A stretch of 64,000 bases of DNA, taken from assembly GCA_041611735.1 (NCBI GenBank), contig JBFIML010000011.1:23527-87526 (forward strand), in the 5' to 3' direction. Both the position numbers and the translations under genes were made by a program. This document shows positions 9,847 to 19,394 of the stretch, piece after piece. The notes under the pieces were generated by a model that saw only the letters and a list, made by a program, of their open reading frames with translations, was not told the DNA's origin and did no database searches. Position 1 is the first letter of the stretch. Every line of letters starts with the position of its first letter. The DNA is from Myxococcota bacterium. Lineage in GTDB: Bacteria; Myxococcota_A; UBA9160; PR03.

Positions 9847-11376
9847 TCAGGGGCCGAGGGTCTCGGCGCAGGGTGCCCCGCTCAGGTCGTCGCGGAGGAC
9901 CGCTCCCGCGTCGTCCTTCAGGGACACCGTGGCCGTCCCGGCCGTGGCGTCCACCTCCACGAGCCCGTAGGAGAAGGCGTCCAGGGCCTGGCACTCCGCC
10001 TGCAGCAGTCCGCCCAGGATCCCCCGCAGCACGAACAATCCCTCGGGCCCCGCCACGGCCAGCACGTTCTGGGCAAAGGTGCTGCGGGCGATGGGACCGG
10101 TCACGAACTCCCGGGCGATCGACTCGGAGTCCGTGAAGACGTCGACGAAGACGTCGTTGGCCAGGTTCGCGTGGATGTCCGTGGTCAGGAAGATCACGTT
10201 CGGGATGCCCTTCTCCCGGATGAAGTCCAGGATTTCGGCGCGCTCGGCGGCATAGCCCTCCCAGCGGTCGTAGGGCGCCGCGAAGAACTGCTGGATGGGA
10301 AGCTCGTTGATCACGAACTTGAAGCGGGCCGTGGAGTTCTCGAGCGCATCCTTGAAGCGCTGCTTCTGCACCGGGCCGAGGAAGGTGCGCGACGGATCGG
10401 CGAGGGCCGCCAGGCAGCCCGCCGGGGGCTCCGGCGGCAGCTGGGCCGGCACGCGCAGGAAGGTCGGCAGGGTCGGCGCCAGGTCACCCTGGCACGCCGC
10501 CTCCACGTCCGCGTCCCGGCACGAGCGCTCGTCGAGAACGATCACATCCACCAGCTCGCCCCAGTGGAACACCTTGAAGAGGGGATCACCGGCGCAGCTC
10601 GGGTCGCTGAGCAGCCCGCTCTCGGAGCTCGGCACGTACTCGAAGTAGGCCTGCCGGCCGTTGGCGTAGCGGAGCGGGTCCACGCTGCGGCCGTCGTAGT
10701 CGTTGACCACCTCGTGATCGTCCCAGATGCTGACGATCGAGGTGCTGCGCAGCAGGGCGCGGAGCGCCGCGAAGCCGCGGTTCACCCGCCAGGTCTCCCG
10801 GTACTCCGCCAGGGTCATGGCGGGGCCCAGGCCCGCGAGCCCGCGCACGAAGGAGTCCGAGTAGATCAGGTCGCCCAGGTAGACGAAGAAGTCGAGCTGC
10901 TCGGCCCGCGCCGCGTCCAGGGCCTCGAACTGGTTGAAGAAGGGGACGCCCGCCACGAGCGTTCCGTCCGAGTCGCCGGACCAGGCGAAGCGCACGCTGC
11001 GGGTCTGGGCGGGCAGGGGAGCGGTGCGGAACGTCCCGACCTCGCTGGTCTCGTTGCCGCGGCGGAAGCGATACCAGTACGGGGTGTCGGGGGCCAGGCC
11101 CCGGGCCTCCACCTTGATGGTGAAGTCTCCGGTGGCGGCGCTGCGCAGCGTGCGCTGGAAGACCTTCGGTCCGGCGAGGCCCGGGCTGCCGAAGACCTCG
11201 AGCTTGACGGCGGTCTCCTGGTTGGCGGCGGTCCAGAGCACCACGCCGGACGAGGTCGCCTCGCCGCTGGCCACGCCGTGGGGAAACGCGAGCGGCGGCG
11301 GCGGGCCCCCGGGTGCCAGCAACAGCGAGGCCAGGAAGAGCAGCGCGCCGTGGGTCCATCGCGGCCCTGTCGCCAT
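9847..11376 (-). CDS. phoD: Alkaline phosphatase D family protein
   Basis: FPHGVASG, LGDLIYSD, IWDDHEV, DRWEGY, FLTTDIH. Confidence 0.9.
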   Translation of the reverse strand: MATGPRWTHGALLFLASLLLAPGGPPPPLAFPHGVASGEATSSGVVLWTAANQETAVKLEVFGSPGLAGPKVFQRTLRSAATGDFTIKVEARGLAPDTPYWYRFRRGNETSEVGTFRTAPLPAQTRSVRFAWSGDSDGTLVAGVPFFNQFEALDAARAEQLDFFVYLGDLIYSDSFVRGLAGLGPAMTLAEYRETWRVNRGFAALRALLRSTSIVSIWDDHEVVNDYDGRSVDPLRYANGRQAYFEYVPSSESGLLSDPSCAGDPLFKVFHWGELVDVIVLDERSCRDADVEAACQGDLAPTLPTFLRVPAQLPPEPPAGCLAALADPSRTFLGPVQKQRFKDALENSTARFKFVINELPIQQFFAAPYDRWEGYAAERAEILDFIREKGIPNVIFLTTDIHANLANDVFVDVFTDSESIAREFVTGPIARSTFAQNVLAVAGPEGLFVLRGILGGLLQAECQALDAFSYGLVEVDATAGTATVSLKDDAGAVLRDDLSGAPCAETLGP

Positions 11377-11431
11377 CTCGGGATCCTCCGCCGGCCCCCC
11401 AAGGCATTCTCGAATCCGCCGCACGGCTGGG

Positions 11432-12109
11432 TCAAGGGCGACGGCCAGGGCGGTGCGTCTGCGTCCGCGAGCGGCCCGCCCTCGGGGAAGCAGGGGGCTC
11501 CGGCCGCACCGAGACGTGCGGATTGCCGGAGATCAGGAAGCGCAGGGGCTTGCGGCTCCAGACTCCCGCGTAGCCCACGCCGATGCGGGGCGTCGCCACG
11601 ACTCGCGAGGCGGGGAGCGCGCGCTGGCGCACGCGCTCGATCCAGAGCGTTCGGTCGCGGCGCAGGTCGAGGCCGTCCTGGGCGCGGTCGATCCCGAGCG
11701 CCGCAGCCAGCTTGGCGGGCCCGGAGCAGAGGTCGCGGGCGCTGCGCGCCGCGGGCCGGCGCCGCCGCATGGCGTCGTGGCCCTCGGTGGGCTCGAGGGC
11801 GCGGATCAGCACCGCCACCCCGTCGCCGGCCCGGCCGCACACCACGTTCAGGCAGTAGTGCATGCCGTAGGTGTAGTAGACGTAGGCGTGGCCGCCCTCC
11901 AGATACATGGAGGCGTTGCGAGCCGTACGCCGGCCGCCCCAGGTGTGGCAGGCCCGGTCCTCGGGTCCGAGGTACGCCTCCACCTCCACGATCAGGCCCG
12001 CCAGGCGCTGCCCGTCGAGGACGCGCACCAGGCGCTGGCCCAGCAGGCGCCGCGCCGTCGTCACCGCGTCGCTCCCGAACCGCCCGAAGCGGGGACGTGC
12101 TTGACTCAT
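11432..12109 (-). CDS. mpg: DNA-3-methyladenine glycosylase (MPG/AAG family)
   Basis: IVEVEAYLG, YVYYTYGMHYCLNVV, VLIRALEP, GPAKL, PRIGV. Confidence 0.93.
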   Translation of the reverse strand: MSQARPRFGRFGSDAVTTARRLLGQRLVRVLDGQRLAGLIVEVEAYLGPEDRACHTWGGRRTARNASMYLEGGHAYVYYTYGMHYCLNVVCGRAGDGVAVLIRALEPTEGHDAMRRRRPAARSARDLCSGPAKLAAALGIDRAQDGLDLRRDRTLWIERVRQRALPASRVVATPRIGVGYAGVWSRKPLRFLISGNPHVSVRPEPPASPRAGRSRTQTHRPGRRP

Positions 12110-12183
12110 CGACTCTTTCCGGACTGAAGCCACGCGAGTCGATTCCGGTATCGGGAAGGAGTCGATTCGTCAAGAACGTCCCC
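12091..12183. repeat. Palindromic REPIN/MITE-like element, copy 1
   Basis: GGGGACGTGCTTGAC...GTCAAGAACGTCCCC with ~30-bp imperfect inverted arms; aligns end to end with the reverse complement of 14642-14733. Confidence 0.85.
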
Positions 12184-12215
12184 GCCTCGCTATCTTGCGG
12201 GTGGGAGGAGACGAC

Positions 12216-14639
12216 GTGATCCCCGTCCTCGCCGGCCTGGCCGTTCTCGCAACCCTGCTCGCGCTCCTGCATCTCGGCCGCGCCTACCTGGCGTGGGTGG
12301 CGAGCGGCGCCCTTGCCCTCGGCTTCTGGGCCCTGGGCGGCGTGGCGACGCCGCTCCTCTTCGCCGCGACCCTGGCAGGCTTCGCGGCCCTGGCGACGCT
12401 CTTCGGCCTGCCCGCCCTGCGACGTCCCCTGGTCACGCGCTGGGTCATGCCCCGGGTCGCCCGGCTCCTGCCGCGCATGGGCCGGACCGAGCGCATCGCC
12501 CTCGAGGCTGGGACCGTCTGGTGGGACGGGGACCTCTTCTCCGGGCGTCCCGACTGGGCCAGGCTGCTGGGCTTCGCGACGGCCCGCCTCTCGCCGCGGG
12601 AGCAGGCCTTCCTGGACGGCCCGGTCGAGGATCTCTGCGCCCTGCTCGACGACTGGGAGGTGACCCAGGCCGGGGACCTTCCGCCCCAGGCCTGGGAGTT
12701 CCTGAAGAAGCAGCGCTTCTTCGGGCTCATCATCCCGGAGCAGTACGACGGGCTCGGGTTCTCGGCCCTGGCGCACTCGGCGGTGGTGACCAAGCTCTCG
12801 AGCCGCAGCATCACGGCGGCGGTCACGGCCATGGTCCCGAACTCCCTGGGCCCCGCGGAGCTGCTGCTCCACTACGGGACCGAGGCCCAGAAGCGTCACT
12901 ACCTGCCGCGCCTGGCGACCGGCGAGGAGATCCCCTGCTTCGCGCTCACCGGGCCCGAGGCCGGCAGCGACGCCGCCGCCACCCAGAGCGTGGGCATCGT
13001 CTGCCGCGGCCGCTTCGAGGGCCGCGAGGTGCTCGGCATGCGCCTGGCCTGGCGCAAGCGCTACATCACGCTGGGTCCCGTGGCCACCGTGATCGGCCTG
13101 GCCTTCCGCCTGCGCGACCCGGACCACCTGCTGGGCGACCGCGAGGAGCTCGGCATCACCTGCGCCCTCGTCCCGGCACAGCTTCCCGGCATCGAGATCG
13201 GCCAGCGCCACGACCCCCTGGGCGTCCCGTTCCACAACGGCCCCATTGAGGGCCGCGACGTCTTCGTGCCCCTCGACGCGATCATCGGCGGCGTCGAGCG
13301 GGCGGGGCAGGGCTGGCGCATGTTGATGGAGAGCCTGGCGGCGGGACGCTCCATCTCGCTGCCCTCGCTCTCGGTGGGGGGCGCCCAGGTGGCGGCGCGC
13401 ACGGTGAGCGCCTACGGCATGGTGCGCGAGCAGTTCGACACGCCGATCGGCCGCTTCGAGGGCATCGAGGAGCCGCTGGCCCGCATCGGCGGCCTCACCT
13501 ACGCCATGAACGCGGCCCGCGTGCTCACCGCCTCGGCGGTGGACGCCGGCGAGAAGCCCGCCGTGCTCTCGGCGGTCGTGAAGGCGTACCTGACCGAGGG
13601 CATGCGCCAGGTGGTGAACGACGCCATGGACATCCGCGCCGGGGCGGCCATCGTGCGCGGGCCCCGCAACATCCTGGCGCGGGCCTACGCGGGGGTCCCG
13701 ATCGGGATCACCGTCGAGGGCGCCAACATCCTGACCCGCTCCATGATCATCTACGGCCAGGGCGCCATCCGCTGCCATCCCTTCGCCCGGGAGGAGATCG
13801 AAGCGGTGGCCGCCGGCGACCTGGCGCGCTTCGACCGGGCCTTCTTCGGCCACGTGGGCTTCGTGTTCGAGTGCGTCGCCCGCGCGCTCCTGTTGGGCCT
13901 GAGCGCCGGGCGCCTGGCCCGGGCCCCGGTGCAGGATGCCACCCGCCGGTACTTCGGTCGGCTCTCCCGGGCGAGCGCAGCCTTCGCCGTGGTCTCGGAC
14001 GCCTGCATGGCGACCCTCGGCGGGCAGCTCAAGCGGCGCGAGAAGATCACGGGCCGCCTGGCCGATGCCCTGGCCTGGATGTACCTGGCCTCGGCCACCC
14101 TCAAGCGCTTCCACGACGAGGGTGCGCGGGAGGGCGAGCGGCCCTTCGTGGACTGGGCCTGCGAGCACGCCCTGGCGGCGATCGACCGGGCGCTGGCCGA
14201 GGTGCTGGACAACCTGCCCGCCCGCCCGGTGGCCTGGCTGCTGCGCCCGCTCGTCTTTCCGCTGGGCGTGCACTGGAAGGGGCCGAGCGACGCCCTGGGG
14301 ACGGCCGTGGCCCGAGCCCTGCTGGACGACCCCGAGGCGCGCGCCACCCTCACCCGCGACATCTTCCGGCCCCCCGCCGAGGAGCCGGGCCTCGGGCGCC
14401 TGGAGGCGGCGCTCGAGAAGGCGCGGGCGGCCCTCGCCATCGAGCGCAAGCTGCGCGACGCGGTGCGGGCCGGCCGTCTGGATCACGCGCCGGGCGACGA
14501 GCTCGCGGACCACGCCCTGGAGGCCGGTCTCATCACCGACGACGAGCGCAAGCGCATCCACGAGGCGGACGAGGCGCGCGAGCTCGCCATCGAGGTGGAT
14601 GCCTTCGACCCGGAGACCTACCGCGGCCTGCGCCGCTAA
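12216..14639 (+). CDS. fadE: Membrane-anchored acyl-CoA dehydrogenase FadE (DUF1974 C-terminus)
   Basis: GGAGGAG RBS + GTG; N-terminal TMs; MVPNSLGPAELL, FALTGPEAGSDA, ITVEGANILTR. Confidence 0.93.
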   Translation: MIPVLAGLAVLATLLALLHLGRAYLAWVASGALALGFWALGGVATPLLFAATLAGFAALATLFGLPALRRPLVTRWVMPRVARLLPRMGRTERIALEAGTVWWDGDLFSGRPDWARLLGFATARLSPREQAFLDGPVEDLCALLDDWEVTQAGDLPPQAWEFLKKQRFFGLIIPEQYDGLGFSALAHSAVVTKLSSRSITAAVTAMVPNSLGPAELLLHYGTEAQKRHYLPRLATGEEIPCFALTGPEAGSDAAATQSVGIVCRGRFEGREVLGMRLAWRKRYITLGPVATVIGLAFRLRDPDHLLGDREELGITCALVPAQLPGIEIGQRHDPLGVPFHNGPIEGRDVFVPLDAIIGGVERAGQGWRMLMESLAAGRSISLPSLSVGGAQVAARTVSAYGMVREQFDTPIGRFEGIEEPLARIGGLTYAMNAARVLTASAVDAGEKPAVLSAVVKAYLTEGMRQVVNDAMDIRAGAAIVRGPRNILARAYAGVPIGITVEGANILTRSMIIYGQGAIRCHPFAREEIEAVAAGDLARFDRAFFGHVGFVFECVARALLLGLSAGRLARAPVQDATRRYFGRLSRASAAFAVVSDACMATLGGQLKRREKITGRLADALAWMYLASATLKRFHDEGAREGERPFVDWACEHALAAIDRALAEVLDNLPARPVAWLLRPLVFPLGVHWKGPSDALGTAVARALLDDPEARATLTRDIFRPPAEEPGLGRLEAALEKARAALAIERKLRDAVRAGRLDHAPGDELADHALEAGLITDDERKRIHEADEARELAIEVDAFDPETYRGLRR

Positions 14640-14641
14640 GG

Positions 14642-14733
14642 GGGGACGTTCTTGACTAATTGACTTTTTCCGGATGCCGGAATCCGCTCTCGTGGCTCCG
14701 CCCCGGAAAAGTCAGTTAGTCAAGAACGTCCCC
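14642..14733. repeat. Palindromic REPIN/MITE-like element, copy 2
   Basis: GGGGACGTTCTTGACTAATTGACTTTTTCCGG...CCGGAAAAGTCAGTTAGTCAAGAACGTCCCC. Confidence 0.88.
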
Positions 14734-15571
14734 GCGCCCGCGCGCCCGTGGCGACGAGCACGAGGCCCAGGCCGAGCAGGGCCGCGGTGCCGGGCTCCGG
14801 GATGGTGAGCAGCGTCACCTTGACGTCCGCGAAGTGCCCGTCGTTGGCGGCGGTGCGGCTGCCCACGCCCGGGTAGTCGTCGGCGGTCGCGGGCACGATG
14901 GTTCCTGCGATGCCGAGCCGGACGGCCGCCTCGTCCTGGGTGCTGGTGGCGGTGGCCGTCCAGCTGAAGTCCAGCGTGTAGGTCTTGGTGACCGCCGAGT
15001 CGAGGATGGTCAAGGTCGAGGTCGACTGGTTGAAGGCGGTGTTGCCCCCGCTGGCCCCCGAGAGAGTCGGCACGGCCGCGAGACCGAGGGTGGCGTTCAG
15101 GAGTCCGTCGAGCAGGCCGGCCACCGCGCTAAGGCTCGCCGACGCGCCGGTCCCCGTGGTGCTGTCGTCCACCAGGGTGAGGGCGCCGAGGCGGCGCGTG
15201 TCGATGTCGATGCGGTAGTCGCCCCCGATCGGGTTGTTCACGGTGAAGGTGATCTTGTAGTTGCTCGTCTGGGTCCGGGTCGCGTTGCTCGACGTGGCCT
15301 CCCGGTCCACCGCCGTGATGGCCGCGTAGCGGGTCTCGAAGGAGACCATGGCGCCCACCAGGTCGGCCACGGGGCCGGGCGAGGAGGAGACCACCGAGGT
15401 GGAGCTCCCCACGTGGACGCGGGTCTGCCCGGTGATGACGTTCTCGTTGACCGTGTTCCCGGTGTTGGGGGCCACGGTCAGGCCCGTGACCGAGAGGGCC
15501 TGGGCGGCGGAGAGCGGTGCTCCCACGGCCATGGCCAGGACCAAGACGGGCAGCAGCGTTTGCGGCGTCAC
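14720..15571 (-). CDS. PEP-CTERM sorting domain surface protein, Thr/Ser-rich
   Basis: Signal peptide; C-terminal IPEPGTAALLGLGLVLVATGARARGRS. Confidence 0.9.
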   Translation of the reverse strand: MTPQTLLPVLVLAMAVGAPLSAAQALSVTGLTVAPNTGNTVNENVITGQTRVHVGSSTSVVSSSPGPVADLVGAMVSFETRYAAITAVDREATSSNATRTQTSNYKITFTVNNPIGGDYRIDIDTRRLGALTLVDDSTTGTGASASLSAVAGLLDGLLNATLGLAAVPTLSGASGGNTAFNQSTSTLTILDSAVTKTYTLDFSWTATATSTQDEAAVRLGIAGTIVPATADDYPGVGSRTAANDGHFADVKVTLLTIPEPGTAALLGLGLVLVATGARARGRS

Positions 15572-15637
15572 GGTACACAGTTCTCCTCGGAGAGCAATCT
15601 TGGCACACACTCCGACAAAGTCTTGGCAAGAAAGTAA

Positions 15638-15653
15638 AGCAAACGGCGTTCCA
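15638..15653 (-). promoter_or_regulatory. sigma-54 (-24/-12) promoter of the PEP-CTERM gene
   Basis: Minus strand TGGAAC-GCCGT-TTGCT (GG-N10-GC) in an AT-richer intergenic region. Confidence 0.75.
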
Positions 15654-15827
15654 AGTCTTCCAGAAGGATCGATTCCATCGCCCGATCGGGCAGATGGCCC
15701 CCTAAACTGCCTGCTCTGTCGAGGTCCTGCGGCTCGCCGGGACCGTGAGTGATTTCCTTAATAAATGAAAATACCTTCCGGGCCGGAACCGGTGTGCGAG
15801 GCTACTCCGGCTGCCGGGAGGTCTCCC

Positions 15828-17120
15828 ATGGCCCGCTGCATCGGCTTGCTGCTCTGCTGCGGCCTCCTCGCCGGACCCGCCGCCGCCGTCTCCAACCGCG
15901 AGGGGGAGGTGGAGATCCTGGGCGGGGTTGCCTTCACCCACCACTTCGTCCCGGCGGGGGGCACCGACTGGCACTACGTGGAGGCCGGACCCCCCGACGG
16001 TGAGCCCGTCGTCTTCGTGGCGGGTCTCCCGGAGTCCTGGTTCTCCTTCCACCCGCAGCTCGTGGATCTGGCGCCCGCCTACCGGGTGATCGGCCTCGAC
16101 CTCTTCGGCCAGAGCGTGCGCCCGCTGGGCGCTTCGTTTGCCCCCCGCGACCTGGCCGCCGCCCTGGTGGCCTTCGCCGACGCCATCGGGCTGCACCACT
16201 TCAATCTGGTGACCCACGACTGGGGCAGCATCGTGGGCCACCGGGTGGCGGGCTTCCATCCGGATCGGGTGCGGCGCTACGCGCGCATGGAGCTCATCGT
16301 GCACCTGAGTGATCCCTCGCTCTCGCCCCAGGTCTTCCTGTTCCAGAACCCGGCTCTCGTGCAGGCGCTGCTCGGCAATCCGGGGCTCTTCGCCTTCGTC
16401 CCCATGATCTACGCCAACCTGACCGTGCAGCCCCTCGATCCGCCCCTGCTGGCGCGCATCGTGGACGAATGGAACCAGCCGGCGCTGCCGGGCATGGTGA
16501 ACCGCCTCTTCGTGGACAGCTTCCAGGGCGCCACGCCGGAGGGCCTGCTGGCCTTCCTGGGCGAGAACATCGAAGCCGCCGCCCGCATGGACATGCCGGT
16601 CCTGCTGATCCAGGCAGACGCGGATCCCAGCCAGCCGCTCTGCCTCTTCGACGGCTCGCCGGGGCCCGTGCCCGTCTGCACCGGCAGCCAGCCCACCGCC
16701 GTCTCCCAGTTCTCGAACGCGCCCTTCGTGGCGCTCCAGGTGATCCCCGGCTCCGGGCACTTCACGCCGCTCGAGCAGCCGGAGCCGGTGAGCGCCGCCA
16801 TCCGACGCCTGCTGGCGGTGCGGCCCCCGGCGACGCTCCGGTCGGTGCAGGCCTTCTTCGACGCCGCGGTGGCCGAGGGCCACCTGGTGGGCGCCGGGCC
16901 CGGCCGCTCGGGGCCCGGGCGGCTCGGGGCCCTGCGCGCCCGCCTCGAGGCGGCCCGGCGTCTCCTCGAGGCCGGCCGCGCGGCCGCCGCCTGTGGCCCG
17001 CTGCGCTCGGTCTGGCTGCGAAGCGATGGCGCGTCAGCGCCGCCGGACTTCGTCGCCGGGAGCGCCGCGGACGATCTCGCTCGCCGGCTCGAGGATCTGC
17101 GGGTCGGCCTCGGCTGCTGA
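15828..17120 (+). CDS. Secreted alpha/beta hydrolase (epoxide hydrolase-like) with C-terminal helical extension
   Basis: Signal peptide; nucleophile elbow HDWGS; GSGHF. Confidence 0.85.
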   Translation: MARCIGLLLCCGLLAGPAAAVSNREGEVEILGGVAFTHHFVPAGGTDWHYVEAGPPDGEPVVFVAGLPESWFSFHPQLVDLAPAYRVIGLDLFGQSVRPLGASFAPRDLAAALVAFADAIGLHHFNLVTHDWGSIVGHRVAGFHPDRVRRYARMELIVHLSDPSLSPQVFLFQNPALVQALLGNPGLFAFVPMIYANLTVQPLDPPLLARIVDEWNQPALPGMVNRLFVDSFQGATPEGLLAFLGENIEAAARMDMPVLLIQADADPSQPLCLFDGSPGPVPVCTGSQPTAVSQFSNAPFVALQVIPGSGHFTPLEQPEPVSAAIRRLLAVRPPATLRSVQAFFDAAVAEGHLVGAGPGRSGPGRLGALRARLEAARRLLEAGRAAAACGPLRSVWLRSDGASAPPDFVAGSAADDLARRLEDLRVGLGC

Positions 17121-17154
17121 AGCTTTCCGCCCGGCGCCCGGCGTCGGGCCGCCG

Positions 17155-18762
17155 CTAGCGTGGGACGGTCCGGATCGCGTCGCAGCCCTGGAAGGGCGTC
17201 CCGTCGAAGCGCTCGCCGTCGAGGCACGCTTCCGGGTCGCCGGGCGCGATCCCCGTCTCCCGCACCCGGAAGTGCGCGATGAGATCCAGCCGGCCATCGC
17301 CGTTCACGTCGTGGCGGCGGGCGGAGGCGGCCCGGGCGGGAGCGGCCCGCGCCGGCCCGAAGCCGAGGGTCGCGGCATCCACGCTGCCCACGTCCAGGGC
17401 CTGCGAGCCGAGCAGCGCCACCGGGACCACCCCGCCCGAGGCGGGGTGGATGGGATTCCCGTCGCTGCCCGGGCGCACGTCGATGGCCACCTCGAGCACC
17501 GCGGGCGCGAGCTGCGGCTGGAGCACGAGGAGGCCCAGGAAGAGGTCGCTCACCACGCTGAGGCCGCTGCCGAAGAACGGATACACGCCCCACAGGCCGC
17601 CCCGGGTAATGGGGACGTCCGTGTCCGGCGCGCTGTCGAAGAAGGCCACCTCCAGGAGCTCCGCCCGGGCCAGGTCGCCCAGGCGAAAAATGCGCAGCCC
17701 CGCGGTGTAGTTGGCCTCGAAGACGTGCTCGCCCACCACGTAGAGGTTGTGGTCGATGGCCGGGGAGGGCGCCGTGTGGGCCCCCACGAAGCGCGGGGCG
17801 TCGAGATCGCCCACGTCGAAGACGTAGGTGCGCGTGCCGTGGCCGAAGCGGACCTCGTCGCCCTCGTCGCCCAGCAGGAAGAAGGCCCCGTCCTGCGTGA
17901 GCCAGCCCTGGTGGGCGTAGGCCGCGCCTGGATAGGGAGTGCGGCTGAGCAGCCGCGGAGCGGCCTTGTCGGTCACGTCCACGATCGTGAGCGTGTTGTC
18001 CAGGAAGGGACGCGAGCGCGGGTTCGCGTTGAAGCAGAGCTCGCGGCCCCGGTGCTCCGCGTCCGGGCCATCGTAGACCCGGCACTGGGCGTCGTGGGTG
18101 TAACCCGCCTCGGCGAAGCAGCCGGCGAAGACGGGCTGCGCGGGGTCCGAGACGTCCAGCATGTGGAGCCCGCCCGCGCAGGTGTCGGAGCCCAGCACGT
18201 AGAGGAAGCCCGTGTCGGGGTTCACGGCCAGGTTGTGGGCGTGCCCGAAGCCCGTGTAGTGGCGGGTCGGCGCGAAGGTCGTGGGCGGGTCCGGGACGTC
18301 ACGCAGCTGGCGCAGGTCGAAGACGTGGAGACCGTGGTCGCCGGCCTCGTCCTTCACCACGTAGGCGTGGTCGGCGAAGACCTTGATGTCGGCCCAGAAG
18401 GAGAGGGTGGTGGCGGTGGGGAGGATCCCCACCAGCAGGGGATCGGCCGGGTCGACCAGCGAGACGAAGGCCACCCCGTCCTGGATCCCCACGAGAGCGT
18501 ACTCGACGCCCGTGGCGGGATCCGTCCAGCCCCAGATGTCGTTGGCGACGTTGGGCATGCGCAGCCAGCCCACGAGGTCCACGTTCGAGCAGGGGAAGGC
18601 GATGCCCGGCGCCTCGGCCAGGCCGTCCACGCAGGGGGCCAGCGGGGCGCCCGCCGTCGCCGCGGCATGGCCCGGCCTCACGAGCAGGGCCAGGGCGAGC
18701 ACCAGTCCGGCCAGGGCGGGCCCCGGGGCGCTTCGCGTCGGACGGGGGCGCGCGGCGGCCAC
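17155..18762 (-). CDS. Choice-of-anchor B family / LVIVD-type secreted beta-propeller protein
   Basis: ANDIWGWTD...EYALVG, AHNL, YTHDAQC, YAHQGWLT, IDHNLY; C-terminal IDVRPGSDGNPI domain. Confidence 0.85.
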   Translation of the reverse strand: MAAARPRPTRSAPGPALAGLVLALALLVRPGHAAATAGAPLAPCVDGLAEAPGIAFPCSNVDLVGWLRMPNVANDIWGWTDPATGVEYALVGIQDGVAFVSLVDPADPLLVGILPTATTLSFWADIKVFADHAYVVKDEAGDHGLHVFDLRQLRDVPDPPTTFAPTRHYTGFGHAHNLAVNPDTGFLYVLGSDTCAGGLHMLDVSDPAQPVFAGCFAEAGYTHDAQCRVYDGPDAEHRGRELCFNANPRSRPFLDNTLTIVDVTDKAAPRLLSRTPYPGAAYAHQGWLTQDGAFFLLGDEGDEVRFGHGTRTYVFDVGDLDAPRFVGAHTAPSPAIDHNLYVVGEHVFEANYTAGLRIFRLGDLARAELLEVAFFDSAPDTDVPITRGGLWGVYPFFGSGLSVVSDLFLGLLVLQPQLAPAVLEVAIDVRPGSDGNPIHPASGGVVPVALLGSQALDVGSVDAATLGFGPARAAPARAASARRHDVNGDGRLDLIAHFRVRETGIAPGDPEACLDGERFDGTPFQGCDAIRTVPR

Positions 18763-18818
18763 CGGCGCAGCTTGCCATGCGGCGCACGGGCGCGTCTACG
18801 TCCGCGGCCCGCGAGGCG

Positions 18819-19394
18819 TCAGAGCGGGGCCAGCCCGGCTTGCGGATCCACCAGGCGATAGCGGCGCCCGCAGGCGCAGGCCAGGTCCGCCGCCAGGCGT
18901 CCGCCGCAGGCGCAGATCCAGCCGATGCGCCGGGCCGGGTTCCCGGCCACCACCGCATGGGCCGGAACGTCCCGGGTCACCACGCTCCCGGCGCCCACCA
19001 GCGCGCCCTCCCGGACCACGATGCCGCACACCAGGGTCGCGTGGGCGCCGATGGAGGCCCCGCGCTTCACATGGGTGGCCAGGAAGCGGTCCGGCGGATT
19101 CTTGAAGGGCCCGGAGCGGGGCACCCGGTCGTTGGTGAAGACCATGCCGGGCCCCAGGAAGACGTCGTCCTCCACCACCACCTTGTCGTAGATCTGGACC
19201 CCGTTCTTGACGGTGACGCGGTCGCCCAGGCGGGCGCCGCTCTCCACGAAGGCGTGATCGCCGATGTTGCAGTCGGCGCCCAACACCGCGTCCTTCATCA
19301 CGTGGGCGAAGGCCCAGATGCGCGTCCCGGCGCCGACACGCTCGGACTCGCACAGCGCCTGCGCGTGCACGAAGACGTTGCGTTGGGCCGCCAT
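18819..19394 (-). CDS. Hexapeptide-repeat N-acetyltransferase (WbpD-like) with C-terminal Cys knuckle
   Basis: TRIWAFAHV, VFLGPGMVFTND, GAGSVVTRDVP..GNPAR; CACG...CACG. Confidence 0.9.
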   Translation of the reverse strand: MAAQRNVFVHAQALCESERVGAGTRIWAFAHVMKDAVLGADCNIGDHAFVESGARLGDRVTVKNGVQIYDKVVVEDDVFLGPGMVFTNDRVPRSGPFKNPPDRFLATHVKRGASIGAHATLVCGIVVREGALVGAGSVVTRDVPAHAVVAGNPARRIGWICACGGRLAADLACACGRRYRLVDPQAGLAPL

